A DNA stretch of 63,379 bases, the filler included, from Reclinomonas americana ATCC 50394 (lineage: Eukaryota): NCBI GenBank assembly GCA_048213135.1. It is 19 parts of 19 records of this genome, joined end to end, with 100 filler letters (N's around TTAATTAATTAA, not from the genome) between each part and the next. Parts side by side here need not be neighbours in the genome. Positions count along the whole stretch, not along the records: positions 45,563 to 50,716 come from AFZH01023865.1; positions 50,817 to 55,500 come from AFZH01023866.1; positions 55,601 to 57,246 come from AFZH01023867.1; positions 57,347 to 58,954 come from AFZH01023868.1; positions 59,055 to 62,232 come from AFZH01023869.1; 14 more parts are not named here. The stretch is one strand, 5' to 3'. The number at the start of each line of letters is the position of its first letter. The first letter of the stretch is position 1. Below the pieces are notes generated by a model, which was given only the letters and a program-made list of their open reading frames with translations, was not told the origin of the DNA and searched no databases. The translations under genes were made by a program, and so were the position numbers. Positions 46,260 through 59,128 of this stretch are shown here, piece by piece.

Positions 46260-47720
46260 TTCACCAGCAAACACAACACCAACGAAGACTGGCACGCTCT
46301 TCTTTTCCACCGCCCCTCATTCCTCTAGCGACGAGAGTGAACGCATACAGCCGTCGATCGCTCAGTCTCTCGTCAGCACCCAACGAAACTTTAAAGAGAA
46401 ACTGACACGCCTGCTCTTCGTCTCCATCTCCACCACCTCGACAAGCAGACACAACACCAACGAAGACTGGCACGCTTTTCTTCTCCACCGCCCCTCATTC
46501 CTCCAGCGACGAGAGTGAGCGCTTGCAACCCTCTATCGCTCGGTCTCTCGACAGCACGCATCAAAACTCAGAGGAAAACAGAAACCGACACGCCTGCTCT
46601 TCGTCTCCATCTCCGCCACCTTGACAAGCAATAGCAACAAACAACGAAGAGTGGCACATGGACATTTTGGATCGCCCTCCGTCCCTGCGACAAGAGTGCA
46701 TGCATGCACTCCTCCGTCGCTCAGTCTCTCGTCAGCACCCAACGAGAAGAAAAGAGTAACTAACTCGCCTGCTTTTCGTCTCCTTCCCCCTCCACCCTCA
46801 CACAACCATGACATACAAACACAGCACACAGATGCCTGCTCTTCGTCCAAGTTTGATCGTCATTAATCACACCGATCATATGCTCCCCCTTCTCCATCCA
46901 TCCGCCACCCTCGCTCCTCTTACACCTCCCTCGACAAGCAAACACAGAGACAAGAACGAACACATGAAGTCAATCCACATCGATCTCACACCTCCCTTCA
47001 TCCCCCGCGCTCTCGACAAACACAGCACAGCGACAAGAGTACAAGCCACCAGTTTCCATCCCTCTTTCTCTCGCCTTGCCGCACCTCACACCTCTCCAGC
47101 GATCGCATCCGTGCTCTACATCTCCTTCCTCTCCGTTGCCATATCTCTCGACAGCCAAACCCAGAGGCAAGACTATCGCTCACTCTCGTCCAGAAACAAC
47201 GACTGACTCTTCCTCCATCCTCCTCCCTCTCTTTGTCCGTCCATTATCTCAAACATCAAACACACAGCAAGAGTTAATGCATGCCCTCTTGTGCACCGCT
47301 CACTCTCGTCCAGAAACAACGACTGCCCCTTCTCCCTCGCTCTTTGCCCAGCCATCATCTCTGAATCAAACACACAATAACGAGAGAAACGCATGCCCTC
47401 TCTCCATCCTCTCACCACCCACTCTCGTCCACAAACCAAGACTTCGACAAGAGTAAACGACACCCCTTCCCACCCGCCCGTCATCTCAGAATCAAACACA
47501 CAGACAAGAGTACAAGCTTACTCCTCTCCCATCCAGAACCAATGACTGCCTCTTCCTCCATCCTCCTCCCTCTCTTTGCCCTCTCAATCAAACACACATC
47601 AACAAAAGAAACGCATGTTCTTCTCCATCCTTCTCCTCTCCACAAACATAACACTTGCCTGCAATGATCACACGAGCTCTTCTCTCTGTCTCTCTCCCCC
47701 TCTCTCAACACACACCATCC
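46260..47720 (+). repeat. Degenerate intergenic repeats of about 130-180 bp
   Basis: acaacaccaacgaagactggcacgct and gctcagtctctcgtcagcacccaacga recur; cgctcactctcgtccagaaacaacgactg occurs twice. Confidence 0.7.
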
Positions 47721-48714
47721 ATCCTCCTTCTCTTCATCTCCCACGACAACACAAAAATCACATTGGCTGTCGATGTTATTACGCTGCTTTTTTCCTTCTC
47801 ATCAGTCACTCTCTCAATGGCCTCCCTAAGTGTGTTAGCGTCCTCACACTAGAACGGGCACGGGCCACCGCAGCGGTCGTCGGCGATGTTGACCGTCGTC
47901 GACACAGCGCGCACCTTTTTTTACCAGAGAGAGTGAGCACATGAGCAGAGAGCGTATCACACACACACAGAGGCACGCAACAGTCACTGGCACGGGGTCG
48001 GTCACCTGTGTTCACAAAAAAAAGATGGCGCCATTTCCGTGAGTGTGAGACATGTTCCCCGCCCCACCCCTGTTCTCCACGCACGCAACTGTGACCACGG
48101 CGTCGGTGGGGGCGGTGGGAATTGTTTGCGGCTGCTCCATGGGTGATTGACGCAAAAGGCAGCAAAAAAAAAATGAGTGCGTGCGTGTGAAAATTGGTGT
48201 TCAAATGTGGAAGATGATAATGGTGATTTATTGTGGCCACACACTCTCTCACTGAGTGGAGTTGAGGGCGGGGGTGCTGGGGGGCACAGTGGGGGCTCAG
48301 AAGGGAGCGCCGCCCTGCACGTCGCACATCTGCCACACAGAAACAGATAAATGTGAGCCGACTCTCTCTTCATCATGCACAACAAACAAACACACGAATG
48401 ACACGTCGTGCACTCACTCCTCCACTGCGTCAAACATGCGTGTGTGCGTGGCGAGAGGAGAGGCTGTCATGAAACGCGGAAGAACAACAAGAGTGCTTGT
48501 CCACTTTTGCAAGTGACGCGCAGGGGGAACTGGCATGCCCACACGTAAGCAGAAGAGCGAACCACTGCTCGGTGCAAGGAGTGCGTGCGTGCGTGACAAA
48601 GGGGGAGTGAAAGGGGAGGAACACGCATTTCAAGACCTCGTGCTTTCACTGCTTCTCTTCGCTCTCCTCCTCCGCTGGTTTGCGCAAGAGCGTGTGTGAG
48701 GAAAGGAGGAGAGG

Positions 48715-48796
<82 letters not shown>

Positions 48797-49609
48797 TGAT
48801 GAGCAAAGTATGAGTGTGCGCACACTCCCTCTCTCTCTCTCTCGCCCTCTCTCTGTCTCACACGGACACAGACCAGTCCGCATACACGTACGCGCACAGA
48901 AGAATGCAGGAATACACAGAGAGAGCTGAGAAAACAGTCGTGCCCGTGTGCTCTCTTTTCTCCCTCTTCCTGCCTGCCTCTCTCGCAAACCCTTCCTCCC
49001 TCTCTTCCTCCCCACCTCTACCTCCTGCCCCACTCACACAAGCATAAGTAGCACGTGCGCACACGCACGTGAGGACGCAGGAGTAGATGCAGAGAGAGGT
49101 TTGCGTTCACATTCTCGCGTGCGAGTGCACTCTCGTCGCCTCTCTCTCTCTCCTTCTCCCTCCCTCGCTCGCTCGCACATACATACATACACGCACAGCC
49201 AGAACCAAAGCCACAGCCACAAACGCAGAGACACCGACACTCTCCAACTTGTTGACGCGAATGAACCGTGTCCCTCCCCTCTCCCCTACTCTCTCCTCTC
49301 CGCTCCCTCTCCCTCTCTGCCCTCTCATACGCAACTCGGCTGCCGTGGTGCGCAGAGGCATCGTCCGCAGACGGGGTCGAGGGGGCGTGCGACTGAGGCG
49401 CGGCGCAGTCCGTGGGGATCTGGCAGAAATACTGAGGGGGGAGGGGGTGAGGTGAGTTGAGGTGAGGGGGAGTGGGACGGAGGAGGAGGAAGGCGAGAGG
49501 AGATGAACGCACGTCAATGCTCACAACGACGGTGTTGTCCATGGCGTTCTGATGATTGTGAGAAAATGTGGGATGTGGAGGACCGATGTGTCCCGGACAC
49601 TTCTCTCAC

Positions 49610-50070
49610 ACTCACCGATAAAGGGGTGAAGAGAGACACTGATCAACACCGATCAAGGGTCAAGGGGTGGAGAGAGACACTGATTGCACAAACATACACC
49701 GAACAAGGGGTTGAGGGTTGAGAGAGACACTGATCACACACACACACACATCGATCAAGGGTCGAGGGGTGGATGAGAGAAACAGTATTTGCACGCACAC
49801 GTCGATCAGGGGTTGAGGGTGGGAGACACTGATCACATGCACACCGATCAAGGGGTTGAGGGTGGAGGAAGAGACACTGATTGCACGCACACATACAAAT
49901 CAAGGGTCAACGGGTTGAGAGAGACACTGATTGCACAAGCACACACCGAACAAGGGGTTGAGGGTTGAGAGAGACTGATCACACACACACACACACACAC
50001 ATCGATCAAGGGTCGAGGGGTGGAGGAGAGAAACAGTATTTGCACGCACATCGATCAGGGGTTGAGTGTG
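49610..50070 (+). repeat. Higher-order tandem repeat: ~45-bp subunits in a duplicated ~245-bp block
   Basis: gagacactgat...cgatcaaggg subunits; the block at about 49650-49820 recurs at about 49900-50065. Confidence 0.8.
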
Positions 50071-50168
50071 TATAGGGAAAAGTGAAGTGCTGCATAGAAG
50101 TTGGTGCGCCTCGAGAGACAGCCTTGCTTCATTCTTCTCCGAGGCAGAGCATCGATAAGCGACGGAGA

Positions 50169-51170
50169 TTACAACTCCGAGTCGGCATGCGAGGCGGCGG
50201 CAGCGGCGCGGAGCTCCTCGGCACGGAGGTTCATGTCGCGCTGGCTGTTGGCCTGCGATTTCTTCTCGCACGCCGCGTAGCATTGCTGGTGCCACACCAC
50301 GGCGGCCTCCGTTTGCGCCGCGTGGTTCACCTCCACCTCGTTGATGCACTTGGCAAACGGGCGCGACGACACTTCGCGAGACTTGTGGGCGTATTGGCAG
50401 GCGGTACGGGCATCCAGCGACGATGTCGAGCTCTGCTCGATCGAGCGCGCAAATGTGGTGTCGCACTCGCTCAGGCAGCTGTTGAAGGCGCCTGTGACGC
50501 AGAACACAGTGTGAGCTCGCTGACTTGTGCAGGGTGGATGTGAGCACGCAACTGTGACCAGCAGTTGTGGCGGCCTTGGCGGTGACTTGGTGTACGGAGT
50601 TGATGATGCCGCACGACGAAATGCAGCTACGAGGAGGGGGGAGGAGTGGGAAAGGGAAGGGGAAGGGGAAGGGGGTCGAGGGGAAGAGATGGGCGGGAAG
50701 GAGATGGAGAAGATAGNNNNNNNNNNNNNNNNNNNNNNNNNNNNNNNNNNNNNNNNNNNNTTAATTAATTAANNNNNNNNNNNNNNNNNNNNNNNNNNNN
50801 NNNNNNNNNNNNNNNNCAAGCTCCGCGCGTTCCAGGCAGGCGTGTCGCAGACCGCTGTGAGTAGCGTCGGCGCGCTCACACTCGGCCGAGGCCTCGGTGA
50901 AGGCACTCACGCAGGCCACGTCCGCCTCACCAGCTGGGAGAGCCATCGAAAGTGCAGGTCAGTGGATGGTGGCGAGGCAGAGAGATGCGAAGTGACAGAG
51001 AGAGAGAGGAGGGACTGGTGACTGAGATGCGATATGTTCGCAAAACCGCAGCACACAGCGCAGCACGCGCGCAGTATTACAATACACGCACCGGTAGACT
51101 GTTCACTAGCAATGGCGGCGGCCAGCAGCACGGTGGAAACGAGAAGGAGGAGAGTGATACGAGACAACAT
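50169..51170 (-). CDS. Secreted or ER-luminal Cys-rich (CxxxC) helical protein ending in -DSEL (spans a spacer)
   Basis: Signal peptide MLSRITLLLLVSTVLLAAAIA; CLSEC and CYAAC; C-terminal HADSEL*. Confidence 0.6.
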
Positions 51171-51450
51171 AATTCGCTCTCAGCAGCACAAGGAAAACGC
51201 AAGAAGTTGAGGATTCGAATCTCATGCGTTGTCGCAATATTCGCATCTGCACACAGTTGTCTTTTTTCTTGCTGTGCTGGTGAGAGGGCAGTCTGTACCT
51301 TGTGTCTGATTTTCGCATCTTTCGCATCTCTCTCTTTGTTTTACTTCTCTCTCTCTCTCTCTCTCTTGTCGAATGCTGACAACTGCAACTGTATGGCACT
51401 GCTTACTCGTGTACATCTCACCCTCCTGTGCTCACAGATTCGCATATCTC

Positions 51451-54400
51451 ATGTCTCCTCGTTTCGCATCTTCGCTGGTCGTGCTGGTGCTGCTGCTCCT
51501 GGCCCCCTTCTGCATTGCCGCGTCAGGTGTGTGGAGGCAAGAATGAGTGCATTTTTCCGGCATCCCTGTCACCAAATCTCGGGTTCTCTGTTTCTTTTTC
51601 TCCCCCCTCTCGCTTTCTGCGCCCCTCAATGTTGTTAACCATCTCTTCGCCTTTTCTCTCCCTCGCTCACTCTCTCTTTGCCGCACAGTGTCGCCCTCCA
51701 CACTGACTCTGCCGGCTGGCCTGTCTGTGGCCACGTCGCAGAGTGTGGATCTGACGTTTAGCCCGGCGGCCACCACTGCTGGTGTGCTCAACGTGTACAA
51801 CACTCCCACCTGCTCCGGCCTCGCCCCCACGACGTTGGTGTACACGGCCGCCAATGCTGCGGTCATCAACGTGCAGTTTGTGACCACGCTGGAGACTGGT
51901 AGCACCACGCGCTATCTGTGCTTTGACGAGGATGGTGCCGGCCCGCTGGCTTACCAGAACGTGGCCACGATTTACATTTGTTGCGCATTATGGCGTGCTT
52001 ATATTTCCGGTGTGTTCTACAACCACTCATCACCACGGCGCGTTCACACAGACACCAAGTCCGACTTGAGCACCTCCGTGCTGGCACTTGGTCTCTCCGC
52101 CTTCCCCGTGACTGTCGGCGGTCAGAACTTTGGCTTGCCCTCGACAGCCGGCTTCTTCTTGTCGGCGGCGAGCACGTGCGCGGCGCCCCTGGCCAACTCG
52201 GCCGTCTCTTTCGTGGGAGTTAGCTTCACGACCATTCGCCTCGCCATCTCCACCGCATCCACCTTTGGTCTCGCCTCCACTCAGGCCGCCGCCGATGCCA
52301 CGGGTGCTTGCACGCTCGCCGCTGCCAGTCCTGCGTACCTCTGCGGAACGTTGCGTCCTCTTTGTCACCGCCGCCGCTCGTCACTTGCATTGTCACTGAG
52401 TTGGTGGTGTGCAGGTTCCAGACGACGACTGCCTTTGTCAACATCTCTTTCGGTACCATTACCCTCACGCCGTCCAACCCGAGCGACATTGGCTTCATCA
52501 ACAGGACCGATGTGAAGCTGGGCACGGCGCAGACGCTGACGATCAGTGATGTCAACCTGGCCTTCAATCAGTGCACGCGCTTCAAGGTGGTTCGGTTGGG
52601 TGATAGCTGCTCCACGGATGCCAGTTGCGGAAAAGGGGAAGGGAGGAGGGAGGGGGAGAGAGTGGGAAGGGAGGGGGAGAGAGTGGGAAGGGAGGGGGAG
52701 GGAGAGGGAAGGGGAAAGAAGAGGGAGGGGTTGTGTATGAGAGATTGTGAATGAGGGAGATTGTGAAAGAGAAGGAGAAAGTGGCATTGGAACCGTGAGT
52801 GGGGAAGGAGAGAGAGAGAGAGAGAGCTACGCGAGAAGACAGAGAAAGAAGATAGGGAGAGTACAGTATGAGGGAAGAAAGCGACTGGGAAGAAGGAGTT
52901 GGAAGACAGTCCACTGAGAGTGAAGAATGAGAGAGCAGACAGAGAGAGAAGGCGGAGAGAGAAAGCAAGAGAGAGACTCGGAATGAGAGAGATAGAGAAA
53001 GAAGACTGGGAGAGAGGACTGGGAGAGACAGAGAGGGTGGAGAGAGACAGAGAGAGAGACCGGGAAACTGAGATGGGGAACGGGAGGGATACACAAAGAA
53101 AGATGGCTGGGAGAGAGGACCGAGTGAGAAGTTGATTGGGAGAAAGGTCTGAGAGAGAAGGCTGAGCGACAGGGAAACAGGGAGAAGCTGAGAGTGAAGA
53201 GGACGAGAGTGAAGAGGAGAGAGAAGACGAGAGAGAAGACGAGAGAGAAGACGAGAGAGGAATTCTGGGCTGAGGTGAGAGAGAAACTGGGAAATGGAGA
53301 GTGGGAGAAAGGACTGAGAGAAGGCTGAAAAATGGAGAGCTTGGTGAAGACTGGATACGTCCAAAGCAAGTCCCCTTTCTCATAGTCGACGTCCCCCACC
53401 CACAGGCTCGATTGCCACGGTCGACTCCTTCTCGGCTGCCTCCCTGCCGTCGCTGTGCAACTACAACACCGGCTGCAACTTTTACACCGTCAAGGTGACG
53501 ACGCTGCAGGCTGCTGCGCTGCAGTTCTGCATCGCCCAGAACGCTGGCGCGTGGGTGGCCATTCCGGGTAGCAGTGAAGTCGGCATCACTGGCATTCCGT
53601 CCAACCAGGGCACCGTCGCCTCACCGGCAGTCGTTCCGTGCACCGCTCTCCCTCTCTTCCTTCTCGCCGTTGAAGCAATCACTCACCTGCCTCCACTCGC
53701 AGTTCCTCTCCTCGCCGACTCCCAACACCGTCCGCACCGCGACCATCTCGATCACCTACGCGCAGCCGTTCAACAAGGTGCCGCGGTTCCTGTTCGGTTT
53801 CGCCGCGTACACGGGTGCCTCGCTCAATGGCGCCGTTGCCATCAATACCAACTTTGCGTGTACGGTGTTGAGCAACTTGACGTCGTCCACCGGCAATGCC
53901 ATCAGCTGCAGCTCGGCTGGTGCTGCGACGAGCAGCACCGTGATTCGTTGCGTCTTTGTGTAGGCAAAAAGGGGGGGGTTGCAATACTGCCTTTGACTCT
54001 TGCATCACCAAACTCCCTCTTGCTCTCTCTTCTTTCTTTCTTACTCTCTCTCAATCTCTCTGTCTCTCAGTCTCTCTCTCTCTCTCTCGCATCTCAGTCT
54101 CTCTCCTTTTCTACTCTCTTTCTCTCTCATCTCAGTCTCTCTCTTCACTCACTTTCTCTCCTCCTCTCTCTCTCTCTCTCTATGTCAACTGCTTCCCTCA
54201 GCATGACTGAATCTCTCCCTCTGTGACGCAGAGTCGCTCTCTTTCGCTTGATTCTTCAACATGTGATCCATGCTCTCCTTTTGCCCTGACTTTCTGAATA
54301 CTACAACTGGACTCGGCTCTTCCTCTGTGATGCAGAGTCGCTTTCTTTTGCTTGATTTTCTTAACATCTGGTCTCTCCACTCCATTTGCCCGAATCTCTG

Positions 54401-55240
54401 AGTACTGCAGCTGGACTATGGTTCCTCCTCTACGAGATGTGCAGAGTCCTTCATCACCTGTTCTGTCGCTGTTATTCAAGCGTGCTAAGTTGACACCGAG
54501 AATGTGGTCATTTCTCTCGTTCACACGCGGTTTGAGAGAACCCTTTCTTCTCGGTACTCCTTCATTACCGACGACTGACAACCCATCCTCCTGCCATTTC
54601 CAACTTCTAATGTGATGGTTGTAGGTAGACACTCAGAGGCTTCGGGAGAAGAACGATTAGGAACCAGCTCATCTCAATTTTTTCGTCTCCTATCGTTCAA
54701 CTTTTGTGCACTTGTCCCCCACTTTGCCACTCTTATCTACACGCACTCTTCTTCCTACAACTCAACCATTTACCGAACCTCGCTGTGCAGAGTACCTGGC
54801 ATTCGCGCAGGCAAGCAGCATGGTCAGCGCCAATGGTCTGGTGAGCCGCTCCAACAGCAGCGCCTGGAACTCGACGTCCACCAGCAAGAACAGCACTCTG
54901 GTTGCGTGCCACCTGCAATGCATTTTCTGGCAGTGCGTAGGTCGCTGACTTGCCATGCGAACGCAGACATCGTCGATCAGTCTCGTCGGCACGTATCCGC
55001 TCTCGGCCTCGGTGGCATTCGCGCTGTGCGGCGTGCAGACGCTCCGCGCTGGCTCCACTCCGACGGACTACCGCCCCGATGCGTTCTCCACCACCTACAC
55101 GCCTACGACGTCGGCCGTCTCGCTGGCTAGCCTCGTGCGCGGCAGTACACGTGTGAATGAGCTGCGGTACTCCTATGCCGCAGGCTATGGACTGCTTGGC
55201 TCCACCGCCAATACCAGTGGCTATGTGGTGTATGCGGGAC
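51451..55240 (+). CDS. Multi-exon secreted or surface protein with beta-rich Cys-containing modules (3' end in gap)
   Basis: Signal peptide MSPRFASSLVVLVLLLLAPFCIAAS; exons VSPSTLT...TPTCSG...RYLCFDEDG, SAASTCA..AYLC and LQFCIAQNAGAW; GT-AG introns. Confidence 0.7.
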
Positions 55241-55814
55241 GTGAGTAGGAGAGGGAGAAGGAGAGAGGGGAAGCAGAGAGAGGAAATGGAGAAGAATGGG
55301 AGAAGGAGGAGAAAGGGTAGAAAGAAGGAGAAAGCAAGAAGGAGTAGGAGAGGGAAACGTCCAGGAGGTTGAGAGAAGAGGAAGACTGGAAATAGAAGAG
55401 GGAGAAGAACAAGAAAAGAAGGAAGGAGGATGGAAGGAAGGAGGAGAAGGGGAGCGTCGAGATGGTTGAGAGAAGAGCAAGACAGGAAATAGCAGAGGGA
55501 NNNNNNNNNNNNNNNNNNNNNNNNNNNNNNNNNNNNNNNNNNNNTTAATTAATTAANNNNNNNNNNNNNNNNNNNNNNNNNNNNNNNNNNNNNNNNNNNN
55601 GAGAGAGAGGTTGAAAGGATGAGAAAAAGGGGGAGAAAAGGAAAGGGGAAATAAGAGAAGCATAAAAAGAGAGAGGAGGGAGATGGGAAGAAAGAGTGTA
55701 TGTGAGAGAGAAAGTGGGAGAGAGAGAGAGAGAAAGAGAGAATGGGAAGGAGAGAGAGGAACAGGGGGGTGGAGAAACGGTGAGCTCAAGATACAATAGC
55801 GCACTGTCAAATCA

Positions 55815-58800
55815 CGCAGTACGCACTGACTGTGAGCACGGACGTCGAAACCTGGAACAGCGAGCTTACGCCAGTGAACTGGATGCTGTGGATAGCAACT
55901 CTCAAAATCAGATAATGTGACCAACGACTTCCATCGACAACCACTGACCACACAGAGTACTGGCCCGCGGCAATCGTGTTGTCCGTCGCCACGGTCTTGA
56001 GTGTGTTCGTTGAGCTGACGTTGTTGAGCGTGTAGATTGGCGAGCCGGCACAAGCTGTGCCAGCAACCAACTTGACCACGTCAGTGTTCAACAAGCCAAT
56101 GCCCGTGACGAGCACGTTGACGTTGGCCGTCTCGGCGTACATGGTGGACGGCGAGAAGGAGGTCGCGGTCGCTGGGAAAAAGGGGAGTGAGTCACAAAAC
56201 ATCACGCGTGATACAGAACTCAAGTAGCACACATACCGACATTGAGCGAGCCGCCGACCTTCACCGCTGCACCAGTGCCGGTAAATGTCACACTGCAAGT
56301 ACGACGAGTGAGCTACAGAGGGTTGCGCTGTCAATGCACCGAATCGCAACAGACCAGACAGAGTACACGGCGGCATCAACCGATGTGTCGGTGACCATCA
56401 CCAGCAAGCGAGCGCCGGCCACACCGCCGAAAGAGCTGAAGCTCAACGAGTGCGACGTTGCGCCAGCGCAGGTGGCGCCAAGCACGAGGTTCACTGTATC
56501 GGTGTTGAGCAGACCGTGGCCAGTGACGGTCAGCAGGAGGCCTGCAGTGTTGGCAATCATGGCGGACGGCGTGTACGAGTCGGCAGAGGGAGCTGAAGAA
56601 GGACAAGGAGATGAGTCAACTGAGAGGAAAGGTTGGCGAAGAAGAGAGTACATCCGTACCAACAACAATTGTTCCACCAGGGACGAGGTTCAGTGAGCCG
56701 GTGCCGCCAAACTGCACACTGCGATGGCAACGCAAGGATGATGAGCGCACAGATGACGCTATCATTGGAATGAGAGGACACGCGAACCACACAGAGTATG
56801 TCGCCGCAGGCAGATTGCCGTCAGTGACGGCAGTGTACGTGCGCGCGCCCGGCGAGCCACCAAAAGCGCTGAGGGTGAGCGCGAATGCAGGCGATCCGGA
56901 ACAATCGGCGCCGGTGACCAGCTTGACAACGTCGACATTGGTCAGACCCTTGCCGGTGACCGTCACTGCCGAGTTGAGAGTCTCGGCGACGATCGTCGAA
57001 GCGGAGAAGGAGGTGAGGGAGGCGGCTGTTGGAAGGGGAAAGAGGGGAAAGAGGGAAAACAGGGAAAACAGGGAAAAGAAGGAAAAGAGGGAAAAGAGGG
57101 AAAAAAAGGAAAAGAGGGAAAAGAGGGAAAAGAGAGAGAAGAGGGAAAAGAGAGAGAAGAGGGAAAGAGGGAGAAGAAGGAAAGAGGGAAAGAGGGAGAA
57201 GAGAAGAGGGAGGGAGAAGGAGGGAGAAGGGGGGGAAGGAAGGGAANNNNNNNNNNNNNNNNNNNNNNNNNNNNNNNNNNNNNNNNNNNNTTAATTAATT
57301 AANNNNNNNNNNNNNNNNNNNNNNNNNNNNNNNNNNNNNNNNNNNNAGACAGACAGCCCTCGTCTCTCTCTCTCTCTCTCTCTCACTCTCTCTCTCTCTC
57401 ACTCACTCTCTCTTTCCCTCCCTTCCTCTCCCTCCCACCCTTCCCCCACTCGCAACGCACCACACAACATACGACCCGGCGGCCACCGTGCTGCCAGTCG
57501 CCGCAACATCTTCCGTGGACGACGACGACACAAAGCTCAGCGGGAACGTCACTGCACCCGTGCAACTGCTGCCTTGCACCAACTGAATCACGTCGCTGCT
57601 GTGCAGCCCATGACCCGTCACGGTGATGTTAACGGCGGCGGTTTCAGCAGTGGCAGTCGCAGGTGTGAACGACGAGGCCGAGATCAACTCGCCTGTGGCA
57701 CGATAAGTGAGGAAGGCGAGTGTGGTGTCGAGGACCACTCACTCCCCTCGTCACTCACCGACTGTCAACGAGCTGGTCGACACTTGGGTGAGAGTGGAGG
57801 AGCCATTGAAGCCAATGCTATTGCGAGAGGGAGATCAGCACTCTCGCAGAACACAACAGACAAAGCAAGGAACGAGTGAACGCACCACACGACATACAAG
57901 CCAGCCGTCACCGTGTTGTCTGTGACGCACGAGTCCACAGTGCCAGTGGAGGAGCTGACGGTGAGAGTGAACGAGGTGGAGCCCGAGCAGTTGCTGCCGA
58001 GAACGAGCTTCACCACGTCGTTGGTGGACAGACCGGTGCCGGTGATGCTCACTGCCTGGCTGGCGGTGAGTTCCGTAATCATGCCCGGACTGAACGACGT
58101 TGCGGAGAAGCTGGGAACTGCGGGAGCAAGGAGAATGGGTGGGGAGAGGAGAAGGTCAAGGGGGGAGAAGAGGGGAGAGGAGAAGAGGGGAGAGGAGAAG
58201 AGGGGTGACAAAAAGAGGGAAATGGAGAAGAGAGGAAGATGAACAGGAAATGAGGGAATAGGGGATGAGGGGAAGAAGGGATGAGGGGAAGAAGGGAAAA
58301 GGGAAAAGGGAAAAGGGGAGAGGGGAAAGGAGAAGATCAAAGCAACGCACTGGCGGTGAGGGTCTGACTGGTCACTTGGCTGGGAGAACCGGAGCCGCCA
58401 AACAGAACGCTGATGCATAAAAACACACACGCTTAAGCATCTTGGAAAGCACAAAGTTGATTGAAGGACACATAAGCACGCACCAGACAGCGTAGGTTCC
58501 TGCCGTCACCGTGTTGTCAGTGGTGTACACCACAGTTCGCGCACCTGCCGAGCCGGCAGCGGCGCCAGTGGTGAGGTTGAAAACGGTGGAACCGGAGCAA
58601 TTAGTGCCCTGGATGAGGCGCGCAGTGTCGCTGGTGGTGAGTCCGTGGCCGGTGATGGTGATGCCGGCGCCGCTCGTTCCGGCGGTGATGCTGGAGGGGG
58701 TGAATCCGTCGGCGGAGGCGACTGCGCGGGGGGAGAGAGGGTGAGGGAAAGGGAAGAGGGAAAAGGGAAAAGGGAAAAGGGAAAAGGGAAAAGGGAAAAG

Positions 58801-59083
58801 GGAAAGGGAGAAGGGAAAAGGGAAAAGGGAAAGGGAGAAGGGAGAAGGAAGGGGGAGAAGGGAGAAGGAAGGGGGAGAGGGAGAGGGAGAGGGGAGAGGG
58901 AAGAGTGGGATATTGGGAAAGGGAGTGGGAGAGGGAGAGGGAGAGGGAAGGGGGNNNNNNNNNNNNNNNNNNNNNNNNNNNNNNNNNNNNNNNNNNNNTT
59001 AATTAATTAANNNNNNNNNNNNNNNNNNNNNNNNNNNNNNNNNNNNNNNNNNNNTGAAGAACAATAGACAATAGTGAACAGAC

Positions 59084-59128
<45 letters not shown>

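Noticed and set aside
45900..49600. Short ORFs between the Nudix gene and the higher-order repeat
   Set aside because: No recognisable motifs or convincing exon chain; mostly degenerate repeats and microsatellites.
49610..50070. CRISPR-like repeat-spacer pattern
   Set aside because: The intervening sequences are themselves repeated or are (CA)n, and the repeats are degenerate.
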